Virus record (IMG/VR): IMGVR_UViG_2663763220_000006
Strand: one strand, 5' to 3'
Origin: a virus
Taxonomy: Duplodnaviria > Heunggongvirae > Uroviricota > Caudoviricetes
Length of the DNA: 8,873 nucleotides
The notes under the pieces were generated by a model. That model was not told where the DNA came from. It ran no database searches and worked only from the letters and a program-made list of their open reading frames with translations. Positions 1 to 7,116 of this stretch are shown one piece after another; within the stretch, counting starts at the first letter, position 1; each line of letters starts with the position of its first letter. The position numbers were made by a program, and so were the translations under genes.

Positions 1-42
1 CAGATGGCTGCTTAAAAAAAGAACAAATGGTAGTGTCCGCTA

Positions 43-366
43 TTGCCAGTACACCTCAAACTACTCATTGCCAGATGGGAACTGACCGCAGAACAGGCTG
101 TCGCACAGCAGTTAAAAAATCAGGTGTCAAAAGGAAATCTTATCGATACCGGATTTTGTATTTTTGCCCTTAGTAAGCTGGCGATGGCTTTATCCAGTAC
201 GCTTGACTCCATTCCTTTGTCCATGCAACGACAGTTCCCGGATTTAACGCCGCGTCATATTGATCATCTGAAAATCCTTATTGCTAAGGGAGCGAATCAG
301 TGCGCGCGTGCGGGGGATAAATTACCGGATTTACTCGATGAATATATCAGAACAACAACTGAGTAA
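43..366 (+). CDS. Nu1: Terminase small subunit (lambda Nu1-like), C-terminal ~107 codons only; upstream reading frame closed by in-frame stops at 13-15 and 31-33
   Basis: Translation (…RWELTAEQAVAQQLKNQVSKGNLIDTGFCIFALSKLAMALSSTLDSIPLSMQRQFPDLTPRHIDHLK…LLDEYI…) aligns with the recalled C-terminal half of lambda Nu1 (…RHRLTRAQADAQELKN…TAFCTFVLSRIAGEIASILDGLPLSVQRRFPELENRHVDFLK…LLSEYIEQSG). The stop at 364-366 overlaps the start of the downstream gpA-like gene, as in lambda. The first in-frame start is a TTG at 43; there is no convincing N-terminal region in any frame within the window. Confidence 0.7.
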   Translation: MPVHLKLLIARWELTAEQAVAQQLKNQVSKGNLIDTGFCIFALSKLAMALSSTLDSIPLSMQRQFPDLTPRHIDHLKILIAKGANQCARAGDKLPDLLDEYIRTTTE

Positions 367-2248
367 TATGATGGTGGCAGTCACTATCGCACTGCAGCCA
401 CTGGTCAGGGTATTGCCGGTGACGGCTGTAGAATGGGCCGATCAAAATTATTACCTGCCTAAAGAATCGTCATACGGTGAGGGGGAATGGAAAACGCTGC
501 AGTTTCAGGTCGCCATCATGAACTGCATGGGCAATGACGAGATTCGTACAGTTAACCTGATTAAATCTGCCCGTGTTGGTTATACAAAAATGGTGCTTGG
601 TGTGATCGGGTATTTTATTGAGCACAAATCCCGCAACACTCTTCTTTTTCAGCCGACGGACTCAGCTGCTGAAGATTTTATGAAGTCTCACGTGGAAGCA
701 ACAATTCGTGATGTTCCTTGCCTGAAAAAACTTTCTCCCTGGCTGGGCCGGAAACACCGGGATAATACGCTCACACTGAAGCGTTTTTCCTCTGGTGTGG
801 GGTTCTGGTGTTTGGGTGGTGCTGCTGCCAAAAACTACCGTGAAAAATCTGTCGATGTGGTCTGCTATGACGAACTCTCCTCGTTTGAACCGGATGTGGA
901 AAAAGAAGGTTCGCCAACACTGCTTGGCGATAAACGTATTGAAGGTTCGGTATGGCCAAAATCCATACGCGGTTCAACGCCAAAAATTAAAGGCTCCTGT
1001 CAGATTGAAAAAGCTGCGAATGAATCTGCGCATTTCATGCGGTTTTATGTCCCTTGCCCTCATTGCGGGGAGGAGCAGTATCTGAAGTTTGGCGATGATG
1101 CGACGTCGTTTGGCCTGAAATGGGAGAAGGGTAAACCGGAAACGGTGTATTACCTGTGTGAACATAATGGCTGCGTGATCCGTCAGTCTGAACTTGATCA
1201 GACCGGGGGGCGCTGGATTTGTGACAATACCGGGATGTGGACGTGTGACGGTCTGACGTTTTTCAGTGCTTCGGGTAATGAAATTCCGCCGCCGCGCTCC
1301 ATCACTTTCCATATATGGACGGCGTACAGTCCGTTCACCACCAGGGTACAGATAGTCTGTGACTGGCTGGATGCACTGAAAGATCCCAACGGCGTGAAAA
1401 CTTTTGTGAACACCACGCTGGGTGAGACCTGGGAAGAGGCCGTGGGCGAAAAACTCGATCACCAGGTACTGATGGATAAGGTTGTGCCTTACACGGCAAC
1501 GGTGCCTGTCCGGGTGGTTTATCTGACGGCGGGCATTGACTCGCAGCGAAACCGTTTTGAGATGTATGTCTGGGGGTGGGCTCCGGGAGAGGAAGCCTTT
1601 CTGGTGGATAAAATCATCATCATGGGACGTCCTGATGAGGAAGAGACGCTGTTACGTGTGGATGCGGCGATCAATAAAAAATACCGCCATGCAGACGGTA
1701 CCGAAATGACCATTTCCCGTGTCTGCTGGGATATCGGGGGGATCGATGGCGAAATCGTGTATCAGAGGTCAAAAAAACACGGTATTTTCCGGGTACTGCC
1801 GGTAAAAGGTGCCTCTGTCTATGGCAAGCCGGTGATCACCATGCCGAAAACCCGCAATCAGCGGGGTGTGTATCTGTGTGAGGTGGGGACGGATACCGCA
1901 AAAGAAATTCTCTATGCCCGAATGAAGGCCGATCCCACCCCTGTGAATGAGGCCACATCGTATGCCATCCGCTTTCCTGATAATCCGGAGATTTTTTCGC
2001 AGACAGAGGCACAACAACTGGTGGCGGAGGAACTGGTGGAAAAGTGGGAAAAAGGAAAGATGCGTCTGTTGTGGGATAACAAAAAGCGGCGTAACGAAGC
2101 GCTGGACTGCCTGGTGTATGCCTATGCGGCATTACGTGTGTCCGTGCAACGCTGGCAACTTGATCTGGCTGTGCAGTTGCATCCCGCAAGGATGCAACTG
2201 CACAACCGACCCTTGAAGAACTGGCAGCGAAGCTGTCCGGAGGAGTGA
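338..2248 (+). CDS. A: Terminase large subunit (lambda gpA-like; ATPase/translocase plus nuclease)
   Basis: ATG at 338 gives MNISEQQLSN…, matching the recalled lambda gpA N-terminus MNISNSQVN…. Long conserved blocks follow (TAVEWADxNYYLPKES, FWCLGG-AAKNYREKSVDV-YDEL, GDKRIEGSVWPKSIRGSTPK, CPHCGEEQYLKFGD, FVNTTLGETWE, YLTAGIDSQ, KKRRNEALDC). Length ~636 aa versus 641 in lambda. The start overlaps the Nu1-like stop. The C-terminal ~25 residues diverge (see finding). Confidence 0.93.
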   Translation: MNISEQQLSNMMVAVTIALQPLVRVLPVTAVEWADQNYYLPKESSYGEGEWKTLQFQVAIMNCMGNDEIRTVNLIKSARVGYTKMVLGVIGYFIEHKSRNTLLFQPTDSAAEDFMKSHVEATIRDVPCLKKLSPWLGRKHRDNTLTLKRFSSGVGFWCLGGAAAKNYREKSVDVVCYDELSSFEPDVEKEGSPTLLGDKRIEGSVWPKSIRGSTPKIKGSCQIEKAANESAHFMRFYVPCPHCGEEQYLKFGDDATSFGLKWEKGKPETVYYLCEHNGCVIRQSELDQTGGRWICDNTGMWTCDGLTFFSASGNEIPPPRSITFHIWTAYSPFTTRVQIVCDWLDALKDPNGVKTFVNTTLGETWEEAVGEKLDHQVLMDKVVPYTATVPVRVVYLTAGIDSQRNRFEMYVWGWAPGEEAFLVDKIIIMGRPDEEETLLRVDAAINKKYRHADGTEMTISRVCWDIGGIDGEIVYQRSKKHGIFRVLPVKGASVYGKPVITMPKTRNQRGVYLCEVGTDTAKEILYARMKADPTPVNEATSYAIRFPDNPEIFSQTEAQQLVAEELVEKWEKGKMRLLWDNKKRRNEALDCLVYAYAALRVSVQRWQLDLAVQLHPARMQLHNRPLKNWQRSCPEE

Positions 2249-2452
2249 ATGGTTACAGTCGCTGAACTGCAGGCGCTGCGTCAGGCGCGCCTTGATTTAT
2301 TAACCGGTAAACGGGTTGTGTCGGTACAGAAAGACGGTCGCAGGATCGAATATACGGCAGCGTCCCTGAATGAGCTTAACCGTGCGATCAACGATGCGGA
2401 GTCGGTTCTGGGTACGACCCGACGCCGCCGACCGCTGGGAGTGAGGTTATGA
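2249..2452 (+). CDS. W: Head-tail joining / head completion protein (lambda gpW-like)
   Basis: 67-aa product MVTVAELQALRQARLDLLTGKRVVSVQKDGRRIEYTAASLNEL… matches recalled lambda gpW (…[27 protein letters not shown]…). GGAGG Shine-Dalgarno at 2238-2242. The stop overlaps the portal ATG (ATGA). Confidence 0.88.
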   Translation: MVTVAELQALRQARLDLLTGKRVVSVQKDGRRIEYTAASLNELNRAINDAESVLGTTRRRRPLGVRL

Positions 2453-4042
2453 AACGAACGCCTGTCCTGATTGATGTGAACGGCGTTCCGCTTCGTGAGA
2501 GTCTCAGCTACAACGGAGGCGGCGCAGGATTTGGCGGGCAAATGGCAGAGTGGTTACCACCGGCGCAGAGTGCCGATGCGGCCCTGTTGCCTGCATTGCG
2601 TCTGGGGAATGCCCGGGCAGATGATCTGGTGCGCAATAACGGTATCGCGGCTAATGCGGTGGCCCTGCATAAGGATCATATCGTCGGGCACATGTTTCTT
2701 ATCAGCTACCGTCTGAACTGGCGTTGGCTGGGGATGCGGGAGACCACGGCAAAAAGTTTTGTCGGGGAGGTGGAAGCAGCCTGGTCGGAATACGCAGAAG
2801 GAATGTTTGGCGAGATCGACGTGGAAGGGAAACGCACGTTTACGGAATTTATCCGTGAAGGGGTGGGCGTGCATGCCTTTAACGGCGAAATCTTTGTGCA
2901 GCCGGTCTGGGATACGGAAACCACGCAGTTATTCCGTACGCGTTTTAAAGCCGTGAGTCCGAAACGGGTGGACACGCCAGGACACGGTATGGGGAACCAC
3001 TTTCTGCGGGCCGGGGTTGAGGTCGATCGGTATGGGCGGGCGATTGCGTACCATATCTGTGAGGATGATTTTCCGTTCTCTGGTGCCGGACGCTGGGAGC
3101 GGATCCCGCGTGAGCTTCCCACCGGGCGTCCGGCCATGCTGCATATTTTTGAGCCGGTGGAGGACGGGCAGACCCGTGGGGCTAATCAGTTTTACAGCGT
3201 AATGGAGCGGATGAAGATGCTGGACTCCCTGCAGGCCACGCAGCTTCAGTCGGCCATTGTGAAGGCGATGTATGCAGCCACAATCGAAAGTGAACTTGAT
3301 ACCGAAAAGGCATTTGAATATATCGCGGGGGCACCGCAAGGTCAGCAGGATAATCCGCTTATTAATATTCTGGAGAAGTTCACCCGCTGGTATGACACGA
3401 ATAACGTGACGCTGGGCGGTGTTAAAATTCCGCACCTTTTTTCCTGGCGATGCGCTGAACCTGCAGACAGCGCAGGATTCAGACAATGGATTTTCGGCGC
3501 TTGAACAGGCGCTGCTGCGGTATATTGCAGCCGGTCTTGGCGTTTCCTACGAACAGTTGTCCCGTGATTACTCGAAGGTCAGTTACTCAAGTGCCCGCGC
3601 CTCCGCCAATGAGTCGTGGCGCTATTTTATGGGGCGGCGAAAATTTATTGCGGCCCGGCTGGCCACGCAGATGTTTTCCTGCTGGCTGGAAGAGGCGCTT
3701 CTTCGGGGGATTATTCGTCCGCCACGGGCGCGTTTTGATTTTTACCAGGCGCGTTCAGCCTGGTCACGGGCAGAGTGGATTAGCTCCGGAAGAATGGCCA
3801 TTGACGGGCTCAAGGAGGTCCAGGAATCGGTGATGCGCATTGAGGCCGGACTGAGCACGTATGAGAAAGAACTGGCACTGATGGGCGAAGATTATCAGGA
3901 CATTTTCCGCCAGCAGGTCAGGGAATCCGCAGAGCGCGAAAAAGCCGGACTCTCACGTCCGGTGTGGATAGCCCAGGCGTATCAGCAGCAGATAGCGGAG
4001 AGTCGCAGGCCGGAAGAGGAGACAACATCACGTGAGACGTAA
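2449..4042 (+). pseudogene. B: Portal protein (lambda gpB-like) disrupted by a +1 frameshift at a T6 run (3437-3442); N-terminal part 2449..3504 and C-terminal part in the other frame to 4042
   Basis: The frame starting at 2449 matches recalled lambda gpB through …LGGVKIPHL (lambda …LGGAKVPHL), then reads 21 unrelated codons and stops at 3504. Similarity resumes in another frame immediately after the T-run (FFPGDALNLQTAQDSDNGFSALEQALLRYIAAGLGVSYEQLSR… versus lambda MPGDSLNLQTAQDTDNGYSVFEQSLLRYIAAGLGVSYEQLSR…) and continues to the stop at 4040-4042. The two parts total ~530 aa, close to lambda gpB at 533. Confidence 0.8.
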
Positions 4043-5595
4043 TCTTTCACATATTATCGCTGCGGCATTCAATGAGCCGCTGCTTCTGGAGCCCGCCTAT
4101 GCGCGGGTTTTCTTTTGCGCGCTCGGGCGTGAGATGGGCGCAGCAAGCCTTTCGGTACCGCAACAGCAGGTACAGCTTGACGCTCCCGGGATGCTGGCTG
4201 AAACGGACGAGTACATGGCCGGAGGCAAACGACCTGCCCGTGTTTACCGGGTGGTGAACGGTATTGCTGTACTGCCGGTGACCGGCACGCTGGTACACCG
4301 GCTGGGTGGCATGCGGCCATTTTCCGGAATGACTGGCTATGACGGCATTGTCGCCTGTCTTCAGCAGGCAATGGCGGACACTCAGGTACGGGGCGTACTG
4401 CTGGACATTGACAGTTCTGGCGGGCAGGCCACCGGCGCGTTTGACTGCGCTGACATGATTTACCGTCTCCGGCAGCTGAAGCCTGTCTGGGCACTGTGCA
4501 ATGACACGGCCTGTTCAGCCGCCATGTTACTGGCATCGGCCTGCTCCCGACGGCTGGTTACCCAGACATCCCGTATCGGCTCCATTGGGGTGATGATGGG
4601 CCATGTCAGCTATGCCGGTCATCTGGCACAGGCCGGTGTGGATATCACGCTGATTTACGCCGGATCGCACAAGGTGGATGGCAATCAGTTTGAATCCCTG
4701 CCAGCAAAGGTTCGCCAGGACATGCAGCAGCGCATTGATGCGGCGCGCCGGATGTTTGCTGAAAAAGTGGCGATGTATACCGGTTTATCTGTGGATGCGG
4801 TTATGGGAACAGAGGCCGCCGTTTTTGAAGGTCAGTCCGGTATTGAGGCCGAACTGGCGGATGAATTAATCAATGCGTCGGACGCCATCAGCGTGATGGC
4901 TGCGACGCTGAACACACACGATACAGGAGGCACTATGCCGCAATTAACTGCAACGGAGGCTGCCGCGCAGGAGAACCAGCGAGTGATGGGGATCCTGACG
5001 TGTCAGGAAGCGAAAGGACGTGAACAACTGGCCACGATGCTGGCAGGGCAACAGGGTATGAGCGTTGAGCAGGCCCGGGCGATTCTGGCCGTGGCGGCAC
5101 CGCAACAATCTGGTGTATCTGCGCAGAGTGAAGCCGATCGCATTATGGCATGTGAAGAGGCGAAAGGACGTGAACAACTGGCGGCAACGCTGGCGGCGAT
5201 GCCGGAGATGACGGTGGAAAAAGCCCGTCCGATTCTGGCTGCTTCACCGCAGGCGAATGCCGGACCCTCACTTCGTGATCAGATTATGGCCCTGGATGAG
5301 GCAAAAGGGGCAGAGGCGCAGGCTGAAAAACTGGCGGCCTGTCCGGGGATGACCGTGGAGAATGCCCGGGCTGTACTGGCGGGGGGCCCCGGNNNNNNNN
5401 NNNNNNNNNNNNNNNNNNNNNNNNNNNNNNNNNNNNNNNNNNNNNNNNNNNNNNNNNNNNNNNNNNNNNNNNNNNNNNNNNNNNNNNNNNNNNNNNNNNN
5501 NNNNNNNNNNNNNNNNNNNNNNNNNNNNNNNTGGCGTGCCACAGACGTCAGCAGACGGTGATGCGGACGTGAAAATGCTCATGGCCATGCCATGA
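4032..5595 (+). CDS. C: Prohead protease / minor capsid protein (lambda gpC-like, ClpP/S49-type fold) with C-terminal scaffold domain; interrupted by the assembly gap 5393-5531, so the 3' end and true length are uncertain
   Basis: Product …AAFNEPLLLEPAYARVFFCAL…NGIAVLPVTGTLV…SGMTGYDGI…GAFDCADMI…KPVWALCND…RRLVTQTSRIGSIGVMM…TLIYAGSHKVDGN…AYTGLSV…TEAAV… matches recalled lambda gpC nearly motif for motif. The only in-frame start after the upstream stop is a GTG at 4032, overlapping the portal stop. After the N gap the lambda-like C-terminus (…SADGDADVKMLMAMP, compare lambda …SDAVNDLLNTPV) is in a different frame and ends at 5593-5595; the continuing frame would stop at 5561. Confidence 0.8.
4935..5595 (+). 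CDS. Nu3: Nu3-like scaffolding protein, nested in-frame within the 3' third of the gpC-like gene (internal translation start)
   Basis: In-frame ATG at 4935 preceded by AGGAGG at 4925-4930 (4-nt spacer). The downstream sequence (…NQRVMGILTCQEAKGRE…) corresponds to the recalled lambda Nu3 region (…NSRIMGILNCEEAHGRE…). Lambda expresses Nu3 from an internal in-frame start in C. Exact start not verifiable; the 3' end is affected by the gap. Confidence 0.4.
4980..5392 (+). repeat. At least three degenerate tandem repeats (~138-150 nt, ~46-50 aa each) within the scaffold-coding region, abutting the assembly gap
   Basis: Identical 22-mer gcgaaaggacgtgaacaactgg at 5010-5031 and 5160-5181 (150-nt period). 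Protein-level units: MGILTCQEAKGREQLATMLAGQQGMSVEQARAILAVAAPQQ / IMACEEAKGREQLAATLAAMPEMTVEKARPILAASPQA / IMALDEAKGAEAQAEKLAACPGMTVENARAVLAGGP. The third unit runs directly into the Ns. Confidence 0.75.
5393..5531. other. Assembly gap (139 N)
   Basis: Uninterrupted run of n characters; the length is not a multiple of 3 and the coding frame differs on the two sides, so the gap size is probably an estimate or placeholder. Confidence 0.98.
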
Positions 5596-5631
5596 AGTCA
5601 GTGCTGACCATCAATATGAGGTTTTTACAAT

Positions 5632-5979
5632 ATGGTAACGAAAACCATCACTGAACAGCGTGCGGAAGTACGTATTTTTGCCGGTAATGATCCGGCCCAT
5701 ACCGCCACAGGCTGCAGCGGGATTTCCTCGGCAACACCGGCTCTGACGCCCCTGATGCTGGATGAGGATACCGGGAAACTGGTGGTCTGGGACGGACAGA
5801 AGGCAGGCCATGTGGTTGGCATACTGGTACTGCCGCTTGAAGGTACAGAGACGGTGCTGACGTATTACAAGTCGGGGACCTTTGCGACGGAGGCCATCCA
5901 CTGGCCTGAGAGAGTGGATACACACAAAAAGGCGAATGCCTTTGCCGGCAGTGCCCTGAGTCACGCAGCGCTGCCGTAA
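5632..5979 (+). CDS. D: Head decoration protein (lambda gpD-like)
   Basis: 115-aa product with …GNDPAHTAT…ATPALTPLMLDEDTGKLVVWDG…VGILV…YYKSGTF…AFAG… matching recalled lambda gpD (…GNSDPAHTAT…[21 protein letters not shown]…GILA…FYKSGTF…AFAG…). GAGG at 5618-5621 upstream of the ATG at 5632. Confidence 0.88.
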   Translation: MVTKTITEQRAEVRIFAGNDPAHTATGCSGISSATPALTPLMLDEDTGKLVVWDGQKAGHVVGILVLPLEGTETVLTYYKSGTFATEAIHWPERVDTHKKANAFAGSALSHAALP

Positions 5980-6036
5980 CATTTTATCAGGTCACTGCGG
6001 TAGCCTGACTGATTTCTGAATGAAAGGAACTGATTT

Positions 6037-7065
6037 ATGGGATTGTTTACGACCCGCCAGTTACTCGGTTATACCGAACAAAAAGTTAAATTTCGTGCGC
6101 TGTTTCTGGAGCTGTTTTTCCGCCGTACGGTGAATTTCCATACCGAAGAGGTAATGCTGGACAAAATTACCGGAAAAACGCCGGTGGCGGCCTATGTCTC
6201 CCCGGTTGTTGAAGGAAAGGTGTTGCGTCACCGTGGCGGTGAAACTCGTGTACTGCGCCCGGGCTACGTTAAGCCGAAACACGAATTTAATTACCAGCAG
6301 GCGGTGGAGCGTCTTCCCGGTGAAGATCCGGCCCAGCTGAACGGCCCGGCTTACCGTCGCCTGCGTATCATCACCGATAACCTCAAACAGGAAGAGCACG
6401 CCATTGTCCAGGTGGAAGAGATGCAGGCGGTGAATGCCGTGCTGTATGGCAAATACACCATGGAAGGAGAGCAGTTTGAAACTGTTGAGGTCGATTTTGG
6501 CCGGTCGGTGGGAAATAACATTACGCAGGCAGGAGGGACGGAGTGGAGCGCTCAGGACCGCGATACCTTTGATCCGACGCATGATCTGGATGCGTACTGT
6601 GATTTTGCTTCCGGCACCATCAATATTGCCATTATGGATGGTAAGGTCTGGCGTCTGCTGAATGGCTTTAAGCTGTTCCGCGAAAAACTGGATACCCGTC
6701 GTGGCTCAAATTCACAGCTGGAAACGGCAGTGAAAGACCTGGGGGCGGTGGTGTCCTTCAAAGGGTATTATGGTGATCTGGCAATCGTGGTGGCAAAAAC
6801 GTCCTATGTGGCAGAGGACGGTACCGAAAAACGTTATCTGCCGGACGGCACACTGGTACTGGGAAATACGGCCGCAGAGGGTATTCGTTGCTACGGTGCC
6901 ATTCAGGATGCGCAGGCATTGTCTGAAGGCGTGGTGGCGTCTTCCCGTTATCCGAAACACTGGCTGACCGTGGGTGATCCGGCGCGTGAATTCACCATGA
7001 CGCAGTCCGCGCCGCTGATGGTGCTGCCGGATCCGGATGAGTTTGTGGTGGTGCAGGTGAAATAA
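6037..7065 (+). CDS. E: Major capsid protein (lambda gpE-like)
   Basis: 342-aa product (lambda gpE is 341 aa) with extensive identity to the recalled lambda sequence: PGYVKPKHE, RLP-EDPQ, VEEMQAV-AVL-GKYTM-GE-F, ITQ-GGTEWS, KEKLDTRRGSNS-LETAVKDLG, GDPAREFTM-QSAPLM-L-DPDEF. AAGGA Shine-Dalgarno at 6024-6028, ATG at 6037. Confidence 0.95.
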   Translation: MGLFTTRQLLGYTEQKVKFRALFLELFFRRTVNFHTEEVMLDKITGKTPVAAYVSPVVEGKVLRHRGGETRVLRPGYVKPKHEFNYQQAVERLPGEDPAQLNGPAYRRLRIITDNLKQEEHAIVQVEEMQAVNAVLYGKYTMEGEQFETVEVDFGRSVGNNITQAGGTEWSAQDRDTFDPTHDLDAYCDFASGTINIAIMDGKVWRLLNGFKLFREKLDTRRGSNSQLETAVKDLGAVVSFKGYYGDLAIVVAKTSYVAEDGTEKRYLPDGTLVLGNTAAEGIRCYGAIQDAQALSEGVVASSRYPKHWLTVGDPAREFTMTQSAPLMVLPDPDEFVVVQVK

Positions 7066-7072
7066 TCCGTGA

Positions 7073-7097
7073 GCGGGAGCTAAATGCTCCCGTTTTT
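7073..7097 (+). terminator. Intrinsic-terminator-like hairpin immediately after the major capsid gene (7-8 bp GC-rich stem, 5-nt loop, U5 tail)
   Basis: gCGGGAGC (7073-7080), loop taaat (7081-7085), GCTCCCG (7086-7092, exact reverse complement of CGGGAGC), then ttttt (7093-7097); it begins 8 nt after the E stop codon at 7063-7065. Confidence 0.45.
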
Positions 7098-7116
7098 CAT
7101 TCAATCAGGAGCGGGT

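Noticed and set aside
974-1462. 162-aa ORF on the minus strand antisense to the large terminase gene (and similar antisense ORFs 1836..2189, 2706..3137, 2929..3486, 4069..4536, 6061..6582, 6712..7104, 7101..7628, 8316..8795)
   Set aside because: Each lies entirely antisense to a strongly conserved, clearly coding phage structural gene. Their products are low-complexity and rich in Arg, Pro and Ser, which is typical of the reverse strand of GC-rich coding DNA. No convincing RBS or start context was seen and there is no intergenic space for a promoter. Treated as spurious.
1947-2216. 89-aa ORF in an alternative + frame inside the 3' end of the large terminase gene (also 795..1085 and 7151..7417 in alternative frames of A and FI)
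   Set aside because: Overlapping-frame ORFs with Cys/Arg/Trp-rich composition and no homology signal or RBS. Note that the frame that best matches the lambda gpA C-terminus is the third frame, not this one.
3437-3442. Programmed +1 or -1 ribosomal frameshift in the portal gene at the T6 run
   Set aside because: No portal gene is known to use programmed frameshifting, and the known lambda frameshift is in the tail genes G/GT, which lie outside this window. The site is a plain homopolymer, for which sequencing error or mutation is far more likely.
3486-3833. 115-aa + strand ORF overlapping the C-terminal portal fragment in another frame
   Set aside because: The overlapping frame carries the clearly lambda-gpB-like sequence; this ORF is Arg/Pro/Gly-rich and looks like a frame artefact.
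5601-5612. Short inverted repeat gtcag-tg-ctgac between the C and D genes
   Set aside because: A 5-bp stem with a 2-nt loop is too small to form a stable hairpin and has no U-tract; probably chance.
5982-6036. Possible regulatory element or hairpin in the D-E intergenic spacer
   Set aside because: Only imperfect short inverted repeats (caggtca…cctgactg) were found; no convincing stem-loop with a U-tract and no -35/-10 promoter match I could defend. The region is more simply explained as the spacer carrying the E ribosome-binding site (AAGGA at 6024-6028).
7084-7116. Upstream ATG at 7084 as the start of FI (extends the tracked ORF to 139 aa)
   Set aside because: This ATG sits inside the loop of the terminator-like hairpin and has no Shine-Dalgarno, whereas the ATG at 7117 has AGGAG 5 nt upstream and gives an N-terminus (MATKEENL…) comparable to lambda FI (MTKDELI…).
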